Positions 1 through 12,000 of a DNA stretch of 64,000 bases are shown in pieces (within the stretch, counting starts at the first letter, position 1; the number at the start of each line of letters is the position of its first letter). The notes beneath the pieces were generated by a model. The model was given only the letters and a program-made list of their open reading frames with translations. It was not told the DNA's origin and made no database searches. Position numbers and translations under genes: made by a program. Source of the DNA: Ranitomeya imitator (taxonomy: Eukaryota); contig NC_091283.1 in assembly GCF_032444005.1 (NCBI RefSeq), forward strand, positions 823,112,001-823,176,000, in the 5' to 3' direction.

Positions 1-87
1 ACGTAAAAATAAATAAACATGGCCGCCGTGACGGAGGAGAGCAAACACAGGCACAAAGCAGCTAAGCCGGATATTAGGAATCCTCAC

Positions 88-3000
88 TTTTATGCCGTTC
101 AGAATTTCGTTCATTATTTTCAGCCGTTTATCTTTGTTTTTCATGTTTTTCATCTGCAAAATATAAGAGCGTACATTGACTTCATGTGTAAGCAGAGCAG
201 CCATTGAACCTAGCATTGGTCCCGTCCTCAAAGAAAGAACAAGTGAAGCCCTCCCATGGGGTAAAATTTGATGATTTGGGGAAATGTTTAGATGTTCTGT
301 TCTAAAAAAAAAATAAATAAATAAAACTTCCTCAACTAACAGCCCTTGAACACATAATAGTGGCAGCCATAATCCCCCCGATAACAATGCCCCCATGGCC
401 CCATACCAGGACAGCCACAATGTCACACAGTAGTGACAGCCAGAATATCCCTATAAGATGACAGCTACAATGACCCATAACAAAACAGCCATAGTCTCTC
501 CATAATAAGATCATCACAGTGTCCCCATAACATTGACGGCCACAGTGTCTGTTATGTAGGCAATCCAGTGACACAGTGTGCCAGCAATCAGAGCACATAC
601 AGTGATTTGATAATAACCCAAAAACAATAGAACGAGCTCTGAGACGTGGAATCTCTGTAGACCGCAATACCTGAACCTATCCTAAACACAACTAAAGGCA
701 GCTGTGGATTGCGCCTGTCACTACCTATGCAACTAGGCACAGCCTGAGGAGCTAACTAGCCTGAAGATAGAAAAACAAGCCTGACTTGCCTCAGAGAAAT
801 ACCCCAAAGGAAAAGGCAGCCCCCCACATATAATGACTGTTACCAAGATCAAAAGACAAACGTAGTGATGAAATAGATTCAGCAAAGTGAGGCCCGATAT
901 TCTAGATAGAGCGAGGATAGCAAAGAGAACTTTGCAGTCTACAAAAAACCCTAAAGCAAAAAACCACGCAAAGGGGGCAAAAAGACCCACTGTGCCGAAC
1001 TAACGGCACGGCGGTGCACCCTTTGCGTCTCAGAGCTTCCAGCAAAAACGAATAGACAAGCTGGACAGAAAAAGTAGCAACAAAAGCAAAGAAACACTTA
1101 TCTAAGCAGAGCAGCAGGCCACAGGAAAGATCCAGAAGCTCAGGTCCAACACTGGAACATTGACAAGGAGCAAGGAAGACAGAATCAGGTGGAGTTAAAT
1201 AACAAAGCAGCCAACGAGCTCACCAGAACACCTGAGGGAGGAAGCTCAGAAGCTGCAGTACCACTTGTGACCACAGGAGTGAATTCAGCCACAGAATTCA
1301 CAACAGTACCCCCCCCTTGAGGAGGGGTCACCGAACCCTCACCAGAGCCCCCAGGCCGACCAGGATGAGCCACATGAAAGGCACGAACAAGATCTGGAGC
1401 GTGGACATCAGAGGCAAAAACCCAGGAATTATCTTCCAGAGCATAACCCTTCCATTTAACCAGATACTGGAGTTTCCGTCTAGAAACACGAGAATCCAAA
1501 ATTTTCTCCACAATATACTCCAATTCCCCCTCCACCAAAACCGGGGCAGGAGGTTCAACAGATGGAACCATAGGTGCCACGTATCTCCGCAACAACGACC
1601 TATGGAATACATTATGTATGGAAAAGGAGTCTGGGAGGGTCAGACGAAAAGACACAGGATTGAGAATCTCAGAAATCCTATACGGACCAATAAAACGAGG
1701 TTTAAATTTAGGAGAGGAAACCTTCATAGGAATATGACGAGAAGATAACCAAACCAGATCCCCAACACGAAGTCGGGGACCCACACGGCGTCTGCGATTA
1801 GCGAAAAGTTGAGCCTTCTCCTGGGACAAGGCCAAATTGTCCACTACCTGAGTCCAGATCTGCTGCAACCTGTCCACCACAGAATCCACACCAGGACAGT
1901 CCGAAGACTCAACCTGTCCTGAAGAGAAACGAGGATGGAACCCAGAATTGCAGAAAAATGGAGAGACCAAGGTAGCCGAGCTGGCCCGATTATTAAGGGC
2001 GAACTCAGCCAACGGCAAAAAGGACACCCAATCATCCTGGTCTGCAGAAACAAAACATCTCAGATATGTCTCCAAGGTCTGATTGGTTCGTTCGGTCTGG
2101 CCATTAGTCTGAGGATGGAAAGCCGAGGAAAAAGACAGGTCAATGCCCATCCTGCCACAAAAGGCTCGCCAAAACCTCGAAACAAACTGGGAACCTCTGT
2201 CAGAAACAATATTCTCAGGAATGCCATGCAAACGAACCACATGCTGGAAGAACAAAGGCACCAAATCAGAGGAGGAAGGCAATTTAACCAAGGGCACCAG
2301 ATGGACCATTTTAGAAAAGCGATCACAGACCACCCAAATTACTGACTTCTTTTGAGAAACGGGAAGGTCAGAAATGAAATCCATCGAAATATGTGTCCAA
2401 GGCCTCTTTGGGACCGGCAAGGGCAAAAGCAACCCACTGGCACGTGAACAGCAGGGCTTAGCCCTAGCACAAATCCCACAGGACTGCACAAAAGTACGTA
2501 CATCCCGTGACAGAGATGGCCACCAGAAGGATCTAGCCACTAACTCTCAGGTACCAAATATTCCAGGATGACCAGCCAACACCGAACAATGAAGTTCAGA
2601 GATAACTTTAGTAGTCCACCTATCAGGGACGAACAGTTTCTCCGCCGGACAACGATCAGGTTTATTCGCCTGAAATTTTTGCAACACTCGCCGCAAATCA
2701 GGGGAGATGGCAGACACAATGACTCCTTCCTTGAGGATACTCGCCGGCTCAGATGAACCCGGAGAGTCGGGCACAAAACTCCTAGACAGAGCATCCGCCT
2801 TCACATTTTTAGAGCCCGGAAGGTACGAAATCACAAAATCGAAGCGGGCAAAAAATAACGACCAACGGGCCTGTCTAGGATTCAAGCGCTTGGCAGACTC
2901 GAGATAAGTAAGGTTCTTATGATCAGTCAATACCACCACGCGATGCTTAGCTCCTTCAAGCCAATGACGCCATTCCTCGAATGCCCACTTCATGGCCAGC

Positions 3001-6000
3001 AACTCTCGGTTGCCCACATCATAATTACGCTCAGCAGCCGAAAACTTCCTGGAAAAGAAAGCACATGGTTTCAACACTGAGCAACCAGAACCTCTCTGTG
3101 ACAAAACCGCCCCTGCTCCAATCTCAGAAGCATCAACCTCGACCTGGAACGGAAGAGAAACATCTGGCTGACACAACACAGGGGCAGAACAAAAACGATG
3201 CTTCAACTCCTGAAAAGCTTCCACAGCAGCAGAAGACCAATTAACCAAATCAGCACCCTTCTTGGTCAAATCGGTCAATGGTTTGGCAATGCTAGAAAAA
3301 TTACAGATGAAGCGACGATAAAAATTAGGAAAGCCCAGGAATTTTTGCAGACTTTTCAGAGATGTCGGCTGAGTCCAATCCTGGATGGCTTGGACCTTAA
3401 CCGGGTCCATCTCGATAGTAGAAGGGGAAAAGATGAACCCCAAAAATGAAACTTTCTGCACACCGAAGAGACACTTTGATCCCTTCACAAACAAAGAATT
3501 AGCACGCAGGACCTGGAAAACCATTCTGACCTGCTTCACATGAGAGTCCCAATCATCTGAGAAGATCAAAATGTCATCCAAGTAAACAATCAGGAATTTA
3601 TCCAGATACTCACGGAAGATGTCATGCATAAAAGACTGAAACACAGATGGAGCATTGGCAAGTCCGAACGGCATCACAAGATACTCAAAATGACCCTCGG
3701 GCGTATTAAATGCAGTTTTCCATTCATCTCCTTGCCTGATTCTCACCAGATTATACGCACCACGAAGATCTATCTTAGTGAACCAACTAGCCCCCTTAAT
3801 CCGAGCAAACAAGTCAGATAACAATGGCAAGGGATACTGAAATTTAACAGTGATCTTATTAAGAAGGCGGTAATCAATACATGGTCTCAGCGAACCATCC
3901 TTCTTGGCTACAAAAAAGAACCCTGCTCCCAGTGGTGATGACGATGGGCGAATATGTCCCTTCTCCAGGGATTCCTTCACATAACTGCGCATAGCGGAGT
4001 GTTCAGGCACAGATAAATTAAATAATCGACCTTTAGGGAATTTACTACCAGGAATCAAATTGATAGCACAATCACAATCCCTATGCGGAGGTAGGGCATC
4101 GGACTTGGGCTCTTCAAATACATCCTGATAATCAGACAAGAACTCTGGGACCTCAGAAGGAGTGGATGACGAAATAGACAAAAATGGAACATCACCATGT
4201 ACCCCCTGACAACCCCAGCTGGATACCGACATAGAGTTCCAATCCAATACTGGATTATGGGTTTGCAGCCATGGCAACCCCAACACGACCACATCATGCA
4301 GATTATGTAGCACCAGAAAGCGAATAACTTCCTTATGTGCAGGAGCCATGCACATGGTCAGCTGGGTCCAGTACTGAGGTTTATTCTTGGCCAAAGGTGT
4401 AGCATCAATTCCTCTCAACGGAATAGGACACCGCAAAGGCTCCAAGAAAAACCCACAACGTTTAGCATAATCCAAATCCATCAGATTCAGGGCAGCGCCT
4501 GAATCCACAAACGCCATGACAGAATACGATGACAAAGAGCATATCAAGGTAATGGACAGAAGGAATTTGGATTGTACAGTACCAATGGTGGCAGACCTAT
4601 CGAACCGCTTAGTGCGCTTAGGACAATCAGAAATAGCATGAGTGGAATCACCACAGTAGAAACACAGACCATTCAGACGTCTGTGTTCTTGCCGTTCAAC
4701 TCTGGTCATAGTCCTATCGCACTGCATAGGCTCAGGTTTAATCTTAGACAATACCGCCAAATGGTGCACAGATTTACGCTCGCGCAAGCGTCGACCGATC
4801 TGAATGGCCAAAGACATAGACTCATTCAAACCAGCAGGCATAGGAAAACCCACCATGACATCCTTAAGAGCCTCAGAGAGACCCTTTCTGAACAAAGCTG
4901 CCAGCGCAGATTCATTCCACAGAGTGAGTACAGACCACTTCCTAAATTTCTGACAATATACTTCTATATCATCCTGAGCCTGACAAAGAGCCAGCAAATT
5001 TTTCTCAGCCTGATCCACTGAATTAGGCTCATCGTAAAGCAATCCGAGCGCCAGGAAAAACGCATTTACATTACTCAATGCAGGGTCTCCTGGCGCAAGA
5101 GAAAATGCCCAGTCCTGAGGGTCGCCGCGCAAAAAAGAAATAATAATCAAAACCTGTTGAATAGGATTACCAGAAGAATGAGGTTTCAAGGCCAGAAATA
5201 GCTTACAATTATTTTTGAAATTAAGAAACTTAGTTCTATCACCAAAAAACAAATCAGGAATAGGAATTCTTGGTTCTAACATAGATTTCTGATCAATAGT
5301 ATCTTGAATCCTTTGTACATTTGTAACGAGATTATCCATTGAAGAGCACAGACCCTGAATATCCATGTCCACACCTGTGTCCTGAAACACCCAAATGTCT
5401 AGGGGAAAAAAAAGACTGAACACAGAGCTGAGAAAAAAAAATGATGTCAGAACTTCTTTTTTCCCTCTATTGAGAATCATTAGATTGGCTCCTTGTACTG
5501 TTATGTAGGCAATCCAGTGACACAGTGTGCCATCAATCAGAGCACATACAGTGATTTGATAATAACCCAAAAACAATAGAACGAGCTCTGAGACGTGGAA
5601 TCTCTGTAGACCGCAATACCTGAACCTATCCTAAACACAACTAAAGGCAGCTGTGGATTGCGCCTGTCACTACCTATGCAACTAGGCACTAGTGATGGGA
5701 AATCTAGTTCATTTTGGTGATTAGTTCACCACTGAAAAGATTAGTTCAAAAGATTAGTTCATTTAGTTCAGTATTTCTCTGGATTCTGCTGAGAAGAGAT
5801 GGATCAGTTCTAGTTCGTTACACAGAAGCTGTGGCTCCTAGGATGAGTTATAGTTTTGTTAAAATGATCAGAAATATGTAATGATCAGATGTATTAACTA
5901 ACAAACTCTTATTAAAGGGGTACTCAGTCTGGAGAAAAAAAATTCAAAAGTTATTTATTCAAGTTAGTAATTTCTTTTTTTTCTTTGTGAAATATTTATT

Positions 6001-9000
6001 ATTATTAATATTATTTAAATGGCGTGACAGATTGCGCACAGAACCGCAAGCTACACTTATCACATTTGAGCAGTAGGAACATTTTGCTTTCTTCTGATCT
6101 CCACTAAGGCTATGTTCACATTAGTGTTTTGCGTGTTTGCGTCGGGTGACGCTGCGGCGACACATGCGCCATGCGCCCCTATATTTAACATGGGGGACGC
6201 ATGGACATGCGTTGTGCGACGCATGCGTTTTTTTTTTCCGCAAGCGTCGGGCGCAGAAAACGCAACAAGTTGCATTTTTCTTGCGTCCAAATTTTGGCAA
6301 AAAAGGACGCATGCGTCGCAAAATGCAGCGTTTTTGCGTGCGTTTTGGTGCGTTTTTATGTGCGTTGCGTCGCCGACGCAGCGGCGCACAACGCAAATGT
6401 GAACGTAGCCACTGCAATAGGTGGCAAATGGAAGAGATGTGGTGAAACTACACAGAACTACAGATTTACCAAGCTGCCGCACAGTAAATGGATCTTTTGC
6501 TGCCCATAGCAACCAATCACAGCTCAGATTTCACTTGGCAGAGCACTGCATTACTGCAGTATCAGAAAGCTGACCTGTAATTGGTTGCTATGGGGCAAAG
6601 AAAATCTTTCTATTAGGCTACGTTCAGACTAGCGTTGTGCGCCGCTGCATCGGCGACGCGACGCACAATGCACCGAAAAACGCGTGCAAACGCACACAAA
6701 AACGCTGCGTTTTTCGACGCGTGCGTCGTTTTTTGACGAAAATCGGACGCAAGAAAAATGCAACTTGTTGCGTTTTCTTGGTCCGACGCTAGCGTCAAAA
6801 AAGACGCACGTGTCGGAAAACGCAACAAGCAAAAACGCATGCGTCCCCCATGTTAAACATAGGGGCGCATGACGCGTGCATCGCCGCTGCGTCGCCCGAC
6901 GCTAGCGCGACGCACACTAGCCGAACGCTAGTGTGAAAGTAGCCTTAGACAACCTGATAATTCTCCACCCTATCCTGGGAGGAGCTGATAGGGAATGCAT
7001 CATGTCATGTGACCTGTGAACTAAATGAACTAAATGAACTATATGAACTGCTGAACTAGATGTTCTGTTGAGGCTGATCCTCTACAGGAGGCGGATCTTA
7101 TCACAAAGACTGGTGAGGGGCATGAACCACAGCACAGAAACACTCTCTCTCATACACACATGATCTGTGTCCGTCTACTGTACAATTTCAGTTTGTATTA
7201 TTACTATTATGTTTGTATTTACTATTTGATGTGTGGTATAGTGTTTTACTACCTTCTTTTCCAGCATCAGGAGCTATAAAGAGCAAGTGTGAGAGCAGGG
7301 ATCTTCAGTGTGAGGAGCTGTATGAGGGATCACTCTCTGTCTCCTCCCACTTGCTGTTTAGTTCATAATGAACTAATCTCTGTCAGGATGGTGAACTAGA
7401 TGAACGAGTTCACTCTGAAGATTAGTTCATTTTGAACTACTCACTCACGAACTACCCATCACTACTAGGCACAGCCTGAGGAGCTGACTAGCCTGAAGAT
7501 AGAAAAACAAGCCTGACTTGCCTCAGAGAAATACCCCAAAGGAAAAGGCAGCCCCCCACATATAATGACTGTTAGCAAGATGAAAAGACAAACGTAGGGA
7601 TGAAATAGATTCAGCAAAGTGAGGCCCGATATTCTAGATAGAGCGAGGATAGCAAAGAGAGCTTTGCAGTGTACAAAAAACCCTAAAGCAAAAAACCACG
7701 CAAAGGGGGCAAAAAGACCCACCGTGCCGAACTAACGGCACGGCGGTACACCCTTTGCGTCTCAGAGCTTCCAGCAAAAACGAATAGACAAGCTGGACAG
7801 AAAAAGTAGCAACAAAAGCAAAGAAACACTTATCTAAGCAGAGCAGCAGGCCACAGGAAAGATCCAGAAGCTCAGGTCCAACACTGGAACATTGACAAGG
7901 AGCAAGGAAGACAGAATCAGGTGGAGTTAAATAACAAAGCAGCCAACGAGCTCACCAGAACACCTGAGGGAGGAAGCTCAGAGGCTGCAGTACCACTTGT
8001 GACCACAGGAGTGAATTCAGCCACAGAATTCACAACAAGTGTCCCCATAACAGGATACCCACAGTTTTCCCATTACAGGACGACCTCAGTGTTCCCATAA
8101 AAGGACAGCCAAAGTGTCCCCATAACCAAACAGACACAGTGTGTCCCATATTAGTGACAGCCACAGTATCCCCATAACAATGGCATTCACATTCCCCCAT
8201 AAAAATGACAGCTACAGTGTCAGCATAACAGTAGTAGCCACAGTGTCCCCATAACAGGACTGCCACAGGGTCCCCATAACAGGACAGCCACAGTGTGAAC
8301 ATAACAGGACAACCACAGTGTCCACATAACAGGACAGAACAGTCTCCCCATAACAGGACAGCCACAGTGTCCCCATAACAGGTCAGCCACAGGGTCCCCA
8401 TAATAGGTCTGCCACAGGGTCCCCATAACAGGACAGCCACAGTGTGAACATAACAGGACAACCACAGTGTCCACATAAGAGGACAGAACAGTCTCCCCAT
8501 AACAGGACAGCCACAGTGTCCCCATAACAGGTCAGCCACAGGGTCCCCAGAACAGAGCATGCCACAGGGTCCCCTTAATAGGACAGCCACAGGATCCCCA
8601 TAACAGGACAGCCACAGTGTCCTCATAACAGGCCAACCACAGTGTGCTTATGTGCTTATAACAGGACAGCCACAGTGTCCCCATAACAGGACAGCCACAG
8701 TGTCCCCATAATAGGAATGCCACAGGGTCCCCATAACAGGACAGCCACAGTGTGAACATAACAGGACAGCCACAGTGTCCACATAACAGGACAGAACAGT
8801 CTCCCCACAACAGGACAGCCATAGTGTCCCCATAACAGGTCAGCCACAGGGTCCCCAGAACAGGACAGCCACAGGGTCCCCATAACAGGTCAGCCACAGG
8901 GTCCCCATAACAGGACAGCCACAGTGTGAACATAACAGGACAGCCACAGTGTCCTCATAACAGGCCAACCACAGTGTGCTTATGTGCTTATAACAGGACA

Positions 9001-12000
9001 GCCACAGTGTCCCCATAACAAGACAGCCACAGTGTCCCCATAACAGGACAGCCACAGGGTCCCCATAACAGTAGCAGTTAGTGTCACTAAACTATTAATA
9101 ATAACATTACCCCACAAAGTAGTGATAGCAGCAGTGCAGCCTTCCAATGTGCTATGCCCCCTTTTAAAGTACCAGACACAGTGCCCCTTCTCTTGCATGG
9201 GAGACATATTTGGGACTTTATTTTCTGCATGTGAACACTAACTACCAGGAAGCAGGAGCAGATGCAAATTGGGCAATCCCCAAGGAAAACCTTCACTTCT
9301 GAAGTCTGGCGGTGCCGGTATATACCGGGACTTTGAGCTTGCATGACATAGGACCTGCAACATTAGCAAACGTTGGAGTAGGCCAATTTGAAGGTCATGG
9401 CTCCCTTCTACAGGGCAACTTTTTTGTGCATCAGTTGCAAGTCTGGATTTTGCACCATTTCCCCCCTGTTTCTGGCAGTAGCTGGGGGTCTCACCTGGAA
9501 GGACTTTGATTTAGTAGCTAGGATGGCGTTGATTGGTATCAAGAGGAGCATTACTCCAAACCCTGCCATGACTGATGGTCCCAGCTCTTCCCACAGGAAT
9601 ACGATAGAGATAGCGATCTGCAGCGGCGACGACCAAATGAGATGAATGAAATTGGTCAGATCCATGAATTTCTGTGCATCCGCAGACATCAGGTTAACGG
9701 TCTCCCCCACTGTTGATTCCTTACGGATGGCATTCGAGACAGTCAAAGCCTAAAGGGATTTAAAAAAATGTTTTACACCAAGATTTCCATATGGGTACTA
9801 TAACAAATGCTGTCAGAGTGGAAACAGAAGAAATGCAGCTATGGACCGTTTTATGCCATCTAGGGTTGCCGCTCAGCGACCGCTATTACTGGCACCAGAT
9901 TGTGGACCTTCTAGAATGTTGGCAATGTATACTCACTTTTTTGTACACCGCCGCTGTCAGTGTTGTACGGACCCTCATTCCCAAAACGAAGCAGCCCTGA
10001 AAGTACTGCTGCAGACACAAGGACTGGATTAACGCTGTCACGAGCAGCAAGATGGCATAAAAAAATCCCTTCCATTGATACTCATTAGGGTTGGATGTGA
10101 ACGAGACCATCAGTCTGCAAATCAACGACATGAACATTAAAGGACTATAAAACTGACAGTTTATTCTACCACTATTGGATCTTGGAGGGTCTGGCTCCTG
10201 GCCCCCCATACTTTCCCGGTCCCTTATATTGATTATTTAAAAAATCCTGTAAGCAGTATAATTCCAGAAAAAAACATTCTCATCAAGTACAGAGTCTCCA
10301 GCAATTCCGTAATATATTATTATTGTTGGAATCACTCTTTTGGGGGCCATTTTAATTGCAAAAAGAAAGCTGCTGTAGATTTAAAGGGAACCCGTCAGCC
10401 TGGAAATGCAGTGCAATCTGCCAGCATCAGGTTATAGAGCAGGAAAAGCTGAACAGATTGATATATAGTTTTCTTGGAAAAGACGCAGCATAACTTGTAT
10501 TTTACTGCTCTTTCTGTGCACTCAGGTCCAGTAGGCGGAACTAATCAGTGATTGATTGCTTTTCCTGTGTGAGCATACAGATATGGCTGTCAATCACTGA
10601 TTAGTACCGCCCACTGGACTCAGAGCACAGAAAGAGAAGGGATTTCATTGAGTAAAATACAAGTTATGCTGCGTCTTTTCCCATAAAACTATATATTATT
10701 TTGTTCAGCTCCTACTCCTCTATAGCATGCAGCTGACAGATAGCTACGGATTTCGTACCTGACAGGTGCCCTTTAAAGGGGTTGTCCATGGTTAGAGAAA
10801 AAGAGTCTGCTGATTTTAAAGGAAGAGGACCACCCTTATCCATGGATTGTCCTTGGTATTGCCATTTAGCCTGATACCTCTCACTGCAATACCAGACACA
10901 GGTCATGTAAAGAGTTTTGCTGTTCTTAGGAAAAAAACTAAACCCCAGTTTTCTTCACAGCCCCTTTAAATATTTCTGTGGCTGTTAGTAATGGTGGAAT
11001 AGGGAAATAAATCTTACTTTAAGACTTGGGGGCTGACGAATACCAGGAGGTCATGAATGAGTTTGAAGAAAGCTGACTTTAGGAGGATATTAGAGAATGT
11101 TTTAATTAGGGTCTTCAATAGCCAGGACTTGGGGTAATCCTTAGACGTTCCAGATATGGATTCTTTCTTTTCTTTCTTCTTTTCTTCCTAGAACAAGGAA
11201 TAAAATTAAGATAATGAAGCAGGAATCTAAAATTTAGGGGATTATTTAGAATTAGAAACGATATGCCTCTTTTACCCCCTAAACAGCGCCACACATGTCC
11301 AGAGGTTGTGTTTGGTATTACAGTTGAGCCCCATTTTGCTTCCATGGAGCTTATGCGGCAATAACGTATAATAAAAGGGATAATTACTTAAATTCATATG
11401 GGTATTAAGAGCCCATGTCATTCTTACATTTGCACCTTTTGTGATGTTTTTCATTTGCGCATTTATCTTTTTTTAAATTTCGCCTTTTTGAAAGACAATT
11501 TTATAGGTGTTTGCGTGTTGTGGTGGAGATTTGAGGTTTCCAGATTCATTCGTTGCGACTTTTTTTTTTTTTTAAATTGTAAACATTTTGTACATATATA
11601 CTCCCTCCCTCGAGTGATTTTCTGTACTTTTAATTTTTTTTTTGTATTTAATTTTTTTTGCTCAAATTTTGTGACGTATTAGCAGAACATGTGACTTTTT
11701 ATGCCATATATACAAAAAGTCACAATAATAGTTAAAAATAAAGATAAATAGCATTTTTTATTTGCACAAAATTTAGGAACAACATGTCTCCTCTTGAAAA
11801 ATTTGCTGCAAATAAGTCAACGAATACCACAAAAAAAGGAAAATAAAGTGATTAAAAAAAAAAAAAAAAAAGCACCTAAATTGATGAATCGGACCCAAAA
11901 TCTCTATAGATAAAAAGTATCCAGCCCACACAACAAAGAGAATGTTAAGTGAAAAAAAAGGATTTACCGTGACTAATACGTCCTGGCTCCGGGCATTGCT

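Larger units (their letters stand above)
5690..7464. mobile_element. Non-autonomous hAT DNA transposon inserted in the Gypsy 5' LTR
   Basis: TIR TAGTGATGGG...CCCATCACTA, 8-bp TSD CTAGGCAC (5682-5689 and 7465-7472), subterminal TAGTTCA repeat arrays at both ends, no transposase ORF. Confidence 0.93.
550..8037 (-). mobile_element. Full-length Ty3/Gypsy chromovirus LTR retrotransposon (Tf1/sushi-like)
   Basis: 3' LTR 550-1305 (TG...CA, 756 bp). 5' LTR 5499-8037, split by a hAT insertion at 5690-7464. About 10 substitutions between the LTRs by eye. PPT at ~1309-1320 (A2G8 on minus). TSD AGTGTC at 544-549 and 8038-8043. Confidence 0.97.

Noticed and set aside
8030-9055. Multiple W/C/G-rich minus-strand ORFs
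   Set aside because: They are translations of the ~25-bp minisatellite in ABCC2 intron 10.
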